A DNA stretch of 64,000 bases from contig OZ024743.1 of assembly GCA_964016885.1 (NCBI GenBank), forward strand, positions 342,302,001 through 342,366,000, given 5' to 3'. A program made the position numbers and the translations under genes. The notes below the pieces were generated by a model, which worked only from the letters and a program-made list of their open reading frames with translations, was not told where the DNA came from and searched no databases. The stretch comes from Eledone cirrhosa. Taxonomy: Eukaryota. Below are positions 31,946-45,935 of this stretch, piece after piece (position 1 is the stretch's first letter; every line of letters starts with the position of its first letter).

Positions 31946-31967
31946 TCTTAAATGTGTTTATACGAAT

Positions 31968-32033
<66 letters not shown>

Positions 32034-32305
32034 ATTCGTATAAACACACGATCTAATGTCTATTTAATTGTAGCTGTAAAGAAGCAGCGTCGAACGACAC
32101 CGGTAAGTCTTCTTGTCTATCCTTTGTTTTGTTATCATCTCACATTCATGTCACCAACAGAGCGGCTTCAATCAATTCCGCAAGGCAATCATTACAGGTG
32201 CAGTAGAACCATAATCCGCGAGATTGCACTGTCGGCATGGTGTCTGATGAGGTAACGATACATTTGTCTGTTCGTGTCATGTGAATTTGGATTTTCTTTT
32301 GATAC

Positions 32306-32374
<69 letters not shown>

Positions 32375-32383
32375 GTATATGCA

Positions 32384-32414
<31 letters not shown>

Positions 32415-32438
32415 GCATATATATATATATACATATTC

Positions 32439-32499
<61 letters not shown>

Positions 32500-33179
32500 C
32501 ATGCATATGTCTGTATTTTGTAGTTGTAGTAGGACTGAGATTAGAGAAAATTGTAGTAAAAAAATAACTTGTATGACTATGATATAAAAACTATCTCAGA
32601 AAGATTTAGCCAAAATAGAGCTTCTTTGCATCAATACATCAAAGATATTAAAGGTTTAATTAAGAAAATTGGAATGCTATAGAAAACAGATGATTACTTA
32701 TCGATTCCTTGGATGGAATACCACGAAGCACTGTTAGTACATAATTGATCATCATCTTTATGTTTTATATGAATGAGGCATTCGTTATAAGTTGTGTGAA
32801 GAGAACAAAAGCGTAAAACTGCAGCTAAGATTTGTGAATTATCGTGAACACATTTGTTGTTATTTATTCATTATTTTTTGGCAAATTTAAACTTATAAGA
32901 AGGATAAAGGGGATTCAAGCTGATTACATTAAATGATCATATCATCTATGTCTATATGGATAGCAGTTATATTTCACAATATTCCATACTGTAAATGTGG
33001 TCGGCTAGAAAATAAATTTATTCTAAACGAAGTGTGTTAATACGGTAGCTCATGTAGGTATGTAGGTTAAATAAATGTTATTTTCTAATTACCGTTTTAT
33101 TTTCAAAGCTTCAGTATGGCTGACACAAGAATACTGCTCCCTCGCAGAGGGATAATCTTGACTAATGAACAATAATAAT

Positions 33180-33346
33180 TGTTTCTACTTTTGGCACAAG
33201 GCCAGCAATTACTCAGTACATTACTGGTACTTTATTTTATCGACCCCGTAAGGATGAAGGGAAAAGTTTGAACTCAGACCGTAAAGGGACGACGTAACTA
33301 TGCTGGAAAGCATGTCATCCAACTCTCTGCCGATACTGCCAATCCA
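33180..33346 (-). mobile_element. SINE (small internal deletion)
   Basis: Matches 841-1020. Confidence 0.85.
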
Positions 33347-33437
33347 TTGCGAAAGCTTGATTTGATGGCCAAACGTTCGAACTAAATGGTACCTTAATAA
33401 TCTTATTCGCTCAAATCCTTGTGTATTATTTCTTAGA

Positions 33438-33530
33438 GGTTAACTTTGCCTTTCATCATTACGGAGTCGATAAAATAAAGTACCAGTAATGTACTGTGTA
33501 ATTGCTGGCCTTGTGCCAAAAGTAGAAACA
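33438..33530 (+). mobile_element. 5'-truncated SINE with 13-bp TSD
   Basis: TSD ATTATTTCTTAGA at 33425-33437 and 33531-33543. Confidence 0.85.
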
Positions 33531-33964
33531 ATTATTTCTTAGAAAGAATCCTATATCAGGAAGAGTCCACCATTGTATGCGGTGGACTTAATCCATCAAC
33601 CTATGTAAAAACAATGACTGGTTCTGAGTTGTTTTGTCTGCGATAAATTCCACTCCTATTATATATCTTTCTTTCCTACTCTCACAAGTCTAAGATACCA
33701 TGAACTTAGCCATTAACTTAGTCATCCCCTAAATTGAAGAAAAAAAAACATAAAGAGAATAATTAAAATGATCATGTTGCATATTGCTACATATAAATAT
33801 TCTATATATAAGTATACAAAATATATAGACAATTCGGAGTACAAGTTCCTGTTTCCCTTATGCTTCAATTTGCTGAACCTTTAAGCCGTCATTATAACGA
33901 TAGAATTAACAGTCAAATCATACTCATGTGACATATTATTGTCTCAAAATAAGGTGAGATAAAT

Positions 33965-34029
<65 letters not shown>

Positions 34030-34411
34030 AAGAATCAAAGAACTGTTCAAAACATTATTGTGCTTACAGCTGTTTCCTCCAAACTGAGGTTTGGATTCTT
34101 CGGAGCAATTTATTATTGCATGGACAGTTATATGACCTCCTTTTCAACCAAGAGACATACCGATACATATGCAAATATTGTGGGTCAACATTCATTACAG
34201 AATTTAGAGTGGCAGTACACACTTCGAGATTACATTCATATTAAGAGGTACAATCAAAAATCAAAAATACAGGTTAAAATACAACATGAAGATAAGCGGT
34301 TATATAGTGCAAATGTTATATGTGTGGCAAGCACGTGCGTCTTGTTTATATAGTGTGGCAGAGAGATATGTGTGGTAGAGGCACTTAGGTAGGTAAACAA
34401 GATAAAACTAA

Positions 34412-34538
<127 letters not shown>

Positions 34539-35029
34539 GTTAGTTATGTAATAAACAACTTGGATAATTATTTCATTTACCAGTGGTTACTTGAAAGCAG
34601 ATATGTCTGTTTTCAGTAGTCAGAATGAATAAAGCCTTGTGTTTTTAATAAATATGGATTTGAAAACAAAATATAAGAAATATAAAACTGAGGCTGAGGA
34701 AACAACGGACGAAGAAGAAGAAGAGAAAAAAATACATATATATAGATATATAAAAACAATAAATATATAAACATACACACACTCAACCACGCGCATATAC
34801 TTAAAAAGTACGTAGACGTATACATTATCACATAAGCGTATATGTATCTACAAGCATGGACAAAATACATACACATACATATAATAAGAATAAATATATA
34901 AATGAATACGAACAAAAAATATAAAGTCAAAAATAAAAAATAAAAACAAAGGATACGTGTTGACAACTATAAGTGAGAGGGGAGGGGAAAATAAAAACAA
35001 TTAAAAATAAACAAATACACGAGGTGTGC

Positions 35030-35089
<60 letters not shown>

Positions 35090-35276
35090 TATATACATAT
35101 ATATATATAGATGTATACACAGATACATACATACACTCGCACACACACATACACCCAAACATGCACAAATACTCATACACACGTATAAAAACACATTCAC
35201 AAATATATAACTATATACATATATATATATATACACAGACACACAAGCACATATATATATATATATATACATATAA

Positions 35277-35637
35277 TTATTTAATGTATAGTAAACAATA
35301 CAATATAATTACCTCATTACCAAAGGTTTCCCGAATAAGACGAATACAAGAAACGTCAGCATTCGTTCGTCAGTCAATTTAAAACATAGTGAAATATTTG
35401 AAAGGCTAAAAGTTTAACGGGCAAAAAATAAATAAAAGTAATAATACAAGAAATGTATAAAAAAATAAAAATAAAGAAATATAGTAAGAGGATGTGTGTA
35501 AATGTGTGTATATGCACATACATATGTACATATGTACATGTGTGTGTATGTACAACTGCATGTGTATAGTGAAAAAATGTGAGCGTACGTACATATATGA
35601 GGGCAAACATATTAGTGTATGTGTGAGCACAAATACA

Positions 35638-35711
<74 letters not shown>

Positions 35712-36076
35712 TATATATATGTTAAAAATAGAAATTGTAAGATAATGGAGTTAGCGATCATACAAACTTAGGGACTAAGGGCTGAAATATATACACATAC
35801 AAGGATAAAAGGACGCACGTGTATAAACATATACACACGCACAAACACATACATGTATGTGATATATACAGGGTAGGGAGTGTATAAAGTCAACGCAGTG
35901 TCAGACGGGAGGTCGATACAAATATGTATGTGTTTGTGCGTGTGTATATGTTTTATACACGTGCGTCCTTTCATCCTTGTATGTGTATATATTTCAGCCC
36001 TTAGTCCCTAAGTCTCTATGTACGTTAACTCCATTATCTTACAATTTCTATTTTCAACATATATATATATTTATAT

Positions 36077-36113
<37 letters not shown>

Positions 36114-36251
36114 ATACAGCCAATTTTCCACGCAATACTTTTAGTTAGCACCCCGAACGCATAATTGGGAATATAATCACTTATTTCCTAATGTTTGTTG
36201 AGTGAGTTGGAATTTGGCCGGAGTATCGCTAAAAAGCTTTCTCCGATATTG

Positions 36252-36310
<59 letters not shown>

Positions 36311-36677
36311 TTGTGGTCACATATACACTAATATGTTTGCCCTCATATATGTACTTGCGCACATATTTATTCACTATACACATGCATTTGTACATACACA
36401 CACTTGTACATATGTACATATGTATGTGCATATACACACATTTACACACATCCCCTTACTATATTTCTTTATATTTATTTTTTATACATTTCTTGTATTA
36501 TTGCTTTTATTTATTTTTTGCCCATTAAACTTTTAGCCTTTCTTTTTTAAATATTTCACTATGTTTTAAATTGCCTTATTTGACGAACGAATGCGGACGT
36601 TTCTTGTATTCGTCTTATTCGGGAAACCTTTGGTAATGAGATAATTATATTGTATTGTTTATTATACATTAAATATT
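35277..36677. repeat. nested inverted repeats: outer arms ~35277-35640 and ~36305-36677, inner fold-back 35719-36060
   Basis: Direct reverse-complement reading; the outer arms carry an HHR motif. Confidence 0.8.
36575..36640 (+). ncRNA. type I hammerhead candidate; mirror 35313-35378(-)
   Basis: cttat TTGACGA acgaat...attcgg GAAA cc-ttt-gg TA atgag. The mirror copy has canonical CTGACGA but a damaged stem I. Confidence 0.6.
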
Positions 36678-36739
36678 TAGCTCTGTAACTTACATAGAGC
36701 ACTCTTCTTTCCTCTGACTTTTTAACGGAAACTTCAATA

Positions 36740-36788
<49 letters not shown>

Positions 36789-37477
36789 TCACAAAAATAT
36801 AAAAATATAAAATATAAAATAAACATACGTACATATCCACATACACATACACATGCGTGCAAAAATACATATACACATACACATACACACGCATACACAC
36901 GTATATAAAAACATCCATACAACCAAATATACTAACACATACATAAACTCTAAAAACGTATACACATGCATGCGCGTAATTGCACGTAATAAGAAATCAA
37001 CACACGCATACAAAACCATACGTAAGGCTATACAGACAAAAACAAAACCATATATACAACCGCATACACACGACTATATAAGTAAACACATACATAGAAC
37101 CATAATTAGGTATAATATAAACATAAATATACTCACACATAAATATATATATACAAACACATACACAATTATATATATATATATATATATATATACCCAC
37201 ACACATACAAATACATACACACGCATTTACATATATATATATATATATATTGCGAGGTTTTTTATATGAAATCGTGTGTCAAAACAAATATTGTTATACT
37301 TGGGGAGGGTTATATTTGTGTAATAACAGAACACACTCACTGTTTGGTTGGTTTTCGCTTCTCGCTTCTGTGTCTTTTATATCGGTAATCTAACTTACTC
37401 GGTCCTCAATGTTGCCATTGACTGACCGACGGTCAAAAATAATACAGATACAATATGGACACAAACACATATATATA

Positions 37478-38959
37478 TCGTTTCTGAATTTGTTTAGCAA
37501 GATTCTTTATCTGAAATCGTGTGTTGAAACCGATATTGTTATACTTTGGGATGGTCATGTTGCCAATAAGAAACACACGCACCAGTTGCTTTCACTTCAA
37601 TTTATTATATATTTATAAATTTATAAATTTACAAATTTACAAACTTATAAATTTCTGGTTGGTTGGTTGGTTCCACAACCAGATAGTTGTTTATATATAG
37701 TCATAGTCCTTTCGTCACACACTCTGTGACCTCTTCAGTGACTGGGGATTCCTTCCTTCGTTTCTGTGCCTTTCCTTTCTTCTATCCTACGCCATTTTGT
37801 TTCTGTGTGTGTGTTGTGTGCTCAGTTTGCGCATGCGCCACATCCGGGTGTCTGTGTGTGTTTGTGTTCATTGTTTATTTGTTTATTTATTTATTTATTT
37901 ATTGTTGGTTGGTTGTTTGTTCTATGTGTGTGTGTGTTTTCATTTTGTCATGTGTGTGTTTTCATTTTGTGTGTGTTTTCATTTTGTCCTTAATTGTAAG
38001 TTGTTTGTTCTATGTGTGCGTGTGTTTTCATTTTGTCCTTAATTGTAAGTTGTGATGTTGCTGTTCCACTCATATTTTCTATTTAATTTTGGTTTTAATT
38101 CTTTTATGCTTACTGCCACTGTAATTTGCCTAAACATTGCGTCTTTTCTGTGTGTGGATTCTATTTTTATTTCTATGCTCTCTAATCTACCTCTGTGTTC
38201 TATCTTAGCATGTTGGTAGAGCACAGATGATTCTTTATTATCTTGGAGGTCTCGCCAGTGTTCATTTATTCGTTCCCCTATACTACGAGCTGTCTCACCT
38301 ATGTACACTATATTTTTTTGTTTCTACATTGTCCTTCAGTACATCTTATGCTATACACTACATTTCTAGTTTTACAGTTAGTATGGGGGCTTATTTTACA
38401 GGTTATACATTTCTTATCTATACATGAAGGTCTTTGGAACGGGTATGTCTTGCTAATAAGTGTTTTTACGGAGGTACCAGGTCTTTCTACTATCTTAATA
38501 TTGAGATTATGTTTATTTAGGGCCCTTCTAAATTTGTAGGCTAGTTCGCCTCTAGGGGTTGTATTGATGAACATTACACTCTGGTATTTATTGCTATCAT
38601 ACCATGAGTTTATTCTATTGGCCTTGTTCCTAGTTCTTTCTATTCTATTCCAAAATAGATGTGGCGCATGCGCAAACTGAGCACACAACACACACACAGA
38701 AACAAAATGGCGTAGGATAGAAGAAAGGAAAGGCACAGAAACGAAGAAAGGAATCCCCAGTCACTGAAGAGGTCACAGAGTGTGTGACGAAAGGACTATG
38801 ACTATATATAAACAACTATCTGTTTGTGGAACCAACCAACCAGAAATGTATAAGTTTGTAAATTTGTAAAATTATAAATTTATAAATATATAATAAATTG
38901 AAGTGAAGCAACTGGTGCGTGTGTTTCTTATTGGCAACATGACCCTCCCAAAGTATAAC
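37478..38959 (-). mobile_element. family-2 PLE 3' end: sense pLTR 37478-38040, GIY-YIG fragment 38039-38657 (frameshift near 38308), inverted pLTR 38658-38959
   Basis: VERPGTSVK...CIDKKCITCK...NVVYSIRC / YIGETARSIGER...LNRKYEWN; 14-bp TSD AACACATATATATA at 37464-37477 and 38960-38973. Confidence 0.88.
38759..38803 (+). ncRNA. minimal type I hammerhead (family 2); sense-strand copy 37699-37743(-)
   Basis: agtca CTGAAGA g gtcaca-gagtg-tgtgac GAAA ggac TA tgact. Confidence 0.8.
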
Positions 38960-39691
38960 AACACATATATATAGTTTATCATAAATCTTTCGTTGCGCAT
39001 CTGCAACATCGTCAGTGGTGCTATATTTTCCTTCTGTTGTATTGTATGTCTACGCCATTTTTATTCAGTCTGTCTATATATTTATTTATTTATTTGCTTG
39101 TTTGTTTATTTTATTTTGTCTTCTTTGCGCATGCGTTTGCGTGTGTGTATAGTGTGTTGTTTGCTGTGTGATGGGTGACTAGTGTGTGTTTATGTGCTTG
39201 TTGTTATTGTGCTTGTGTATGTATTTATTTACTTATTTATACTTCTCTTAGGTCAGTGTTGTTTGTTTGGGTGTTGTTGTTATTCCATTCATTCTTTCTG
39301 TTTAGCCTTGGTCTGCTAATTTCTATTTCATTGGCCTCTCTGATTTGCATATCTGCTGGGTCATTTCTATGTTTAGATATTATTCTAATTTCTATGTTGT
39401 CTATGTTACCGTCATGTTGTTGTCTAGCATGTTCGTATAGTACTGATCCGTTTTTTCGTCCTTTTAGTTCCCCCCAGTGTTGGTCTATCCTTTACCTATG
39501 CTACGAGCTGTCTCACCTATGTATGTTGTCGTCATGTTTCTGCAAGTACCCTCTGTACATCTTATGCTATAGACTACGTTTCTAGTTTTACAGTTTATCC
39601 GGGGGTTCACCTTACATATGATATATTTCCTATTGGTACAGTGGGTTTTCTTAAAAGCTTACTTTAAAAACCTACCCTTTTAAGAAAACCC

Positions 39692-40617
39692 AATCTGGAT
39701 GCCATATACAAATGGGCGGAAGAAAACAACAGGCAGTTTAATGCTGGCAAATTCCAAGCCCTACAATACAAACCTGCAAACACAATTACAGTACAGCACA
39801 CTTACGCAAGACCAGGAGAGACCGACATCCCCGTGTCAAAATCGATACGAGACCTGGGTATAGACATGAGCGATGATGCATCTTTTTCCTCACACATCAC
39901 GAAAGTGGTGATAATGTGCAGACGACTCGCTGGCTGGATCTTGAGGACTTTCCGGCAAGAGACTGAGACACCATGTTGACACTATAGAGGACATTTGTCC
40001 TAAGCTTCCTGGACTATTGCTCCCAGTTGTGGTCACCCCATAGTGTCAAACTAACTACCGAGCTCGTGGCAATGCAGCGGAGCTACACCAAGAGAATTGC
40101 CACGATGAAGGAGACAAGTTACTGGGAGAGGCTAAAGGAACTGAACCTCTACTCTGTGGAACGAAGACGGGAGAGATACGCAGTTATCTACATGTGGAAA
40201 ATCCTGGAGGGACTAGCACCAAACTTTGGCATTGGGAGCTGGACGAACCGTCGAACAGGACGTCACTGTGTGGTGCCAAAGGTCCCGTCTTCCACATCTA
40301 GAATAAGGAGCAGATATTGCAATAGCCTGGGATTCAAGGGCCCTCAACTCTTCAACAAGCTGCCGTGGGATCTGAAAGATTTGCATGGTGTGGAGGTGGA
40401 TGTCTTCAAGAAACATCTCGACACCTTGCTATCCAGGATCCCGCATGACCCACAGCAAGGCACGAGGGAAACCTAAGGGCAGCAGCAACAAACTCCCTCT
40501 TACACCAATGGCCAACCAATACAGGCTGGAGATAAAATGCGTAGCAACAGGGGCTGTGCCCCAGCATGGCCTCAGCCGAATGGCTGGAACAAGTAAAAGA
40601 GTAAAAGAGTAAAAGAG
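39692..40617 (+). mobile_element. CR1/L2-group LINE 3' fragment (RT C-terminus, frameshifted) with (GAGTAAAA)n tail
   Basis: LDAIYKWAEENN.QFNAGKF...IRDLGI...LDYCSQLWSP...SYWERLKELNLYSVERRRERY...FKKHLD. Confidence 0.88.
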
Positions 40618-40835
40618 ATATATATACACACACATACATACACACATATATATATGTATATATATACATACATATACACATATATATGTATATATCTTAT
40701 ACACACCTACACATACACACTATACATACATATATGTTATACATATCTTGTACATACACATATATACATATATATATATCTCACATACACACAAATATAT
40801 ATATTTTCTACATACATACATATACATATATACAT

Positions 40836-40869
<34 letters not shown>

Positions 40870-40922
40870 CCTATACATACATATATTTCAAATACATACA
40901 TTTATATATACACCACATATAG

Positions 40923-41027
<105 letters not shown>

Positions 41028-41269
41028 ATCAAATATTTTTATAACTGATATAATGCACTCGACAAATATTTGGAGTAGATATACGATATTAATAAATGGA
41101 AACTATATTTATAAAATCATATTTATTTCATTATATATATTTCAAAGAAAGGGAGAGATAGATAAAGAAAAAGAAGAAAGCAAAAAGAAAAGAGAACAGA
41201 GGAAAATAACGGGGAGATATCAAACCATCAGACAGAGAAAAAAACTCAAGAGAGATTTTTAATAGACAT

Positions 41270-41570
41270 ACTATAAAATTAACTTACTCTTCCACCAAAA
41301 TTTAGCGCAAAATATTAATAGAATTAATAATAGAAATTTAAAACCTAACCAAAATACCAATAATAACCCAAGCAATATTCAATCGAATAACTGTAACTGT
41401 AGAAATAAATCCAACTGTCCGTTAAATAACAACTGCTTAGCTAAAAATGTAGTTTATAATTGCAATGTTAAAACTAATTTAAATTCATTTGATTATGTCG
41501 CTTCTACCTCTACAGAATTTAAATCCCGCTTCAATAATCATAAAAATTCTTTTACAGATCCAAACAAAAA
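41270..41570 (+). pseudogene. Naiad-like GIY-YIG fragment
   Basis: CNCRNKSNCPLNNNCLAKNVVYNCNVKT...DYVASTSTEFKSRFNNHKNSF, translated by eye. Confidence 0.85.
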
Positions 41571-41591
41571 ATCTGGATGCCATATATATAT

Positions 41592-41631
41592 GTACACCAT
41601 TTTACCAGGGGGAAAAATATACTGGTCCACC

Positions 41632-41665
<34 letters not shown>

Positions 41666-41838
41666 CACACACACATACACACGCGTACATTAACATACAA
41701 AGAGACATATACACACACACGCACGCACTTCTCCGTATAAGACAAAAGCTGAAAAATATCTTTTGACATGCTAAAATACCCCCCATTGCTTTCAGACACA
41801 TTCTTACTGACCATCCCTGCTACCACGAATTACTCTGC

Positions 41839-41903
<65 letters not shown>

Positions 41904-42362
41904 ATCTTAATAGCCATTTGACACACATCCCTGCTAACCATTATCACAACATCGAACACCTTTCTACTACTACACACACACACACACACACACACATATT
42001 TGTTGTGAAAGAGTCATTTCTCAATCTTGGCGCAAAACCAATTTTTTATTCACATGACCTCTACCGACCAATCAAAATTGTTTTGACCACAAGAATTTTT
42101 GCAACACCAAAGTAACGCTGGAGTCACTTTTTTAACATAAAAACAGGTAGAATTCCCAAAACTAATCAGATCAGAGCAAACAGCACGGACACTCTATCTC
42201 AAAATTATTTTTGAAAAGCATTTAGAAATGCGCAACCGGTAAAAACTTAAAAACTTAAAACCACAACTGAATACTAACCCATACAATCACTAATACTCTT
42301 TTATTCCTAATTAAACCATTTTTCAACTGTGAACAATTTGTTAGCATTTTCTATTCCGTTTA

Positions 42363-42367
<5 letters not shown>
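41592..42367 (+). mobile_element. solo family-3 pLTR
   Basis: Reverse complement of 23680-24580, with a single copy of the 122-bp unit. Confidence 0.85.
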
Positions 42368-42432
<65 letters not shown>

Positions 42433-42691
42433 CATATATACAGTGAGTCCTCGATATACGATATATATGCGTTCCTGAAACCCTTACCGTATATCGAATT
42501 ACCGTATAAAGAAGCCATTATAACGTGAAATAGATAGGGGTGCGTTCCAGCACATCGAAAAAGTCATCCCTACAGAAAAGAAATAATGTTTTTTTTCATT
42601 TACTGTACCTTACATATGCCGCGTAGTCCATCAGGTGATGTGCCCCTTCATTTGTCCCTCCCGAGGCTAAGGACAGTATGGGTTTCAGCCC

Positions 42692-44453
42692 TTAATCATC
42701 TTGGGCTGAGTTGGCAGGGGAGGATGAGGGTGATGTGGGAGGCTTAAAACCAACAAACTCGTTGACTGCAGTAGATGTTGAAGGGCGAGCTGTAGCACGG
42801 TTGGTCGGTGTGACTGACTTGAAGAAAGAGTAGATGGAGGACTGTTTGGCGGTGTTTCCTTTGGCTTCATAAATTTCTTGGTAAATCTTGACCCTTTTCC
42901 CGACGTCTTGAGCCACTTTGCTGCTCCTAGCAGGGTTGGGGTCACGCTCCTTCAGGGTTTCTAAGATTGTTTCGATACTCCCGAGACATTCCCTTAGAGT
43001 TTTTATGTCCAAGCCACGCACAGGTTCTTCTTCCTCCCCTTCTTCTTTTTCTGTCTCCTGTATCGCCTTGTCTAGTTCTATGAATTCATCATTGGAGAGT
43101 GTTTCAGTGTGGCTTACTAAAAGGTCTTGCACATCATCATCATTAACACCATCGAAGCCAGCTCTATGGCAGAGATTTACAATATCTTTTTTTATCGCAT
43201 CAATGTCCTCGGCAAAGCCTTGGAAGTCATTCACACATGCAGGCCATAATTTCTTCCAGGCTAAGTTCATGGTAGACTGCTTCACTTCTTCCCAAGATAC
43301 CTTGATGTTATCTAAGCCGTGCTTGATGTTGTACAATTTCCACCATTCCGTGATCGTGGGCTTATCAGGCCCATCTGTGCCATTTATCAGCTGCTACATG
43401 GTTCTCCGTTGGTAGTATGCCTTAAATGTGTTGATGACTGTTTGATCCATCAGCTGTAGTGTTTGGGAGGAGAAACAAAACCTCAATATTTTCTGACCAG
43501 TCTTTCATTGCCCGTGGTTGGCTGGGGGTGTTGTCCACTAATAGCAGAAAACGGTTGGCAATGTTGTTAACTAATGCATATTCCTTAAGGGTTGGTGATA
43601 GATATGAGGTGAAAAAATCCTGGTGAATCGAAATGATCAGCCATGCCTTCTTATCAGACATCCATATCACTGGTAGGTATTGCTTAAGTAACCCCTTGAG
43701 TGCTCTTGGAGTTTCAGAGTGGTAGATAATGAGTGGCTTTAACTTTAAATCTCCTTCTGCATTCCCTCCAAGTAACAGAGTAACGCAGTCCTTTGAGGCT
43801 TTGAACCCCTTCGCACTTTTCTCCTCCTTGTCAATATAAGTATTACTGGTCATCATTTTCAAATAAAGTCCTGTTTCATCATAATTAATAACCTGTTTGT
43901 TTGCTGTACTCCTCTGTAATGCATTTCTCTAACTCTGCCTTGAATTTTTCAGCACTCACTTTGTCGGAACTGGCAGCCTCACCTGTAACTGTTATGTTGT
44001 AAAGACTCGAACGTCGTTTGAACTTATCAAATCAGCCTTTGCTTGCCTTGAATACAAAGTCCTCCACCCCTATTTCAGTCTTAAAGCTGTCAATAATGGA
44101 CAATGCTTTCTAACTGATTACATTTAAAGACAGAGGCATATTTTGACGATTTTTGGTCGTCGATCCAAATTTTGAGCAAACTTTCCATCCTATCCATAAT
44201 CGGCTCACGATGTTTGGTCAACAATTTACTCTGTAGCCTCGTAGCATTCTCTTCAGCTTTTATGACAGCCTCACTATTTTTTTAAAACAGTCCAGACTGT
44301 AGACTGGGCTAGGCCTAAGTTACGACTTATGGCGGACGTACCTTGACCCTGTTCCTTCCTTTTCAAATTGTCCAGCTTTATCTCCAAAGTCAGGCTCTTG
44401 CGTTTGGCCTTTCCGTCTGCATCAGCAATATACGCAGGACGTGTTGGGTCCAT
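42692..44453 (-). pseudogene. Tigger-like CENP-B/DDE_1 transposase with stops and frameshifts
   Basis: ORF pieces 44274-44537, 43422-43862 and 42692-43336. Confidence 0.88.
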
Positions 44454-44527
44454 TAGATATGGGGTTATAAGATATGCCGTGATAATTATGCTCCAAAAAC
44501 ACGCCGTCGGGTTTTCTCTTACTTTGA

Positions 44528-44636
44528 ATGACGTCATAACTTTTAACTGATCACTTCAGTTCGGCAAACATTCTCTCACTGAGAGGACACGCTAGTTTGC
44601 TGAACTGAAGTGATCAGTGAACAGTTATGACGTCAT
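44528..44636. promoter_or_regulatory. palindrome bounded by two ATGACGTCAT (CRE) motifs upstream of the transposase ATG
   Basis: TGACGTCA at 44529-44536 and 44628-44635; inner arms ACTGATCACTTCAGTTCGGCAAAC and GTTTGCTGAACTGAAGTGATCAGT. Confidence 0.5.
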
Positions 44637-44925
44637 CGACCAATATCTGAACTCGCTCGTGATTGGCCAGTTTCTCGGTAAGGTCAGTTAGTATGATAAC
44701 AGTAGTGACACAATTTTCCTAGAATTCGAATAGCAGTCAGTTTCTACGAATTCAAGCGGGAATTTATTACTTACTACAGGTGCGGCTACGGTACAATATA
44801 AACAAAACACGACCAAGAACCGTATCTGTGAATTTTTTTACTGTAAATAGAATTGATGGTAGTAATTACCGAAAACCGCATCTGTGAATTTACCGGATGA
44901 AAAACTACCGTATATTGAGGACCCA

Positions 44926-44981
<56 letters not shown>

Positions 44982-45163
44982 TATACACACCCCATATATA
45001 TATTTTTTTTACACATATACTATACATACATGTTATATACACACCATATATATCCTATACATACACCCTATATACCCCACACATATATCATATACATCCA
45101 ATATATATACTATGCATATCCTACATACATGTTGTATACATCTCCCACATATATACACACATT

Positions 45164-45199
<36 letters not shown>

Positions 45200-45466
45200 T
45201 CCCATACACACACATATATATTTTATATATACATACACACACACACATATATATATATAAACACACATATATACATACACACACACGCATAATCGCCACA
45301 GACAGATGAATGCGAGAAAGTTAACCAGGAATCTCAAAAATTCTTCCCACCGAACTTAACAAAGAACTTACTGGATCTACCAACTCAACATTATAATATT
45401 ATATTATAACATTAAATCATAATTTTTTTAACACTACAAGTGAAGTCATTCTTTTCCTTTTTTTTT

Positions 45467-45508
<42 letters not shown>

Positions 45509-45511
45509 CTC

Positions 45512-45717
45512 TTTTTCGAATATTAATAATAATATTCGATTGGTTTGCAATTATGCAAACACCCTCTTTAAGCCAGGTCCGTAAAATGACGTCGTCGTGC
45601 TTGCTCTTGTATTGGCATGTAACACAAGAGCAAGAATGACGGATCATTCTACTGACATGGTTAAAGAGGCTGTTTGCATAATTGCAAACGAATCGAATAT
45701 TATTAATATTCGAAAAA
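45512..45717. repeat. ~205-nt imperfect hairpin (MITE-like) in (TA)n
   Basis: TTTTTCGAATATTAATAAT...TTTGCAATTATGCAAAC and its reverse complement; inner arms CTTGCTCTTGT and ACAAGAGCAAG. Confidence 0.8.
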
Positions 45718-45773
45718 CTCAGATTACTCAGATTACATTTATTGTATTCAGCCATGGAGACCGATAAACTATT

Positions 45774-45835
<62 letters not shown>

Positions 45836-45837
45836 GT

Positions 45838-45935
<98 letters not shown>

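Larger units (their letters stand above)
37251..39691 (-). mobile_element. second family-1 PLE 3' end (GIY-YIG fragment ~39242-39655), interrupted by a family-2 PLE
   Basis: 37251-37477 and 38960-39240 match 633-1385 without the SINE; 39242-39655 is the reverse complement of 1435-1850. Confidence 0.85.
42441..44928 (-). mobile_element. Tigger/pogo-type DNA transposon, full length, decayed
   Basis: TIRs CAGTGAGTCCTCGATATACG and CGTATATTGAGGACCCACTG, TA target; transposase fragments KRKSLTLEIKL (HTH-psq), GFKASKD.VTLLLGGNAEGD.KLKP, LLLVDN.PS, WKKLWP. Confidence 0.92.

Noticed and set aside
32238-32300. GGTGT CTGATGA G as a hammerhead
   Set aside because: No downstream GAAA-stem III-NUH-stem I could be paired.
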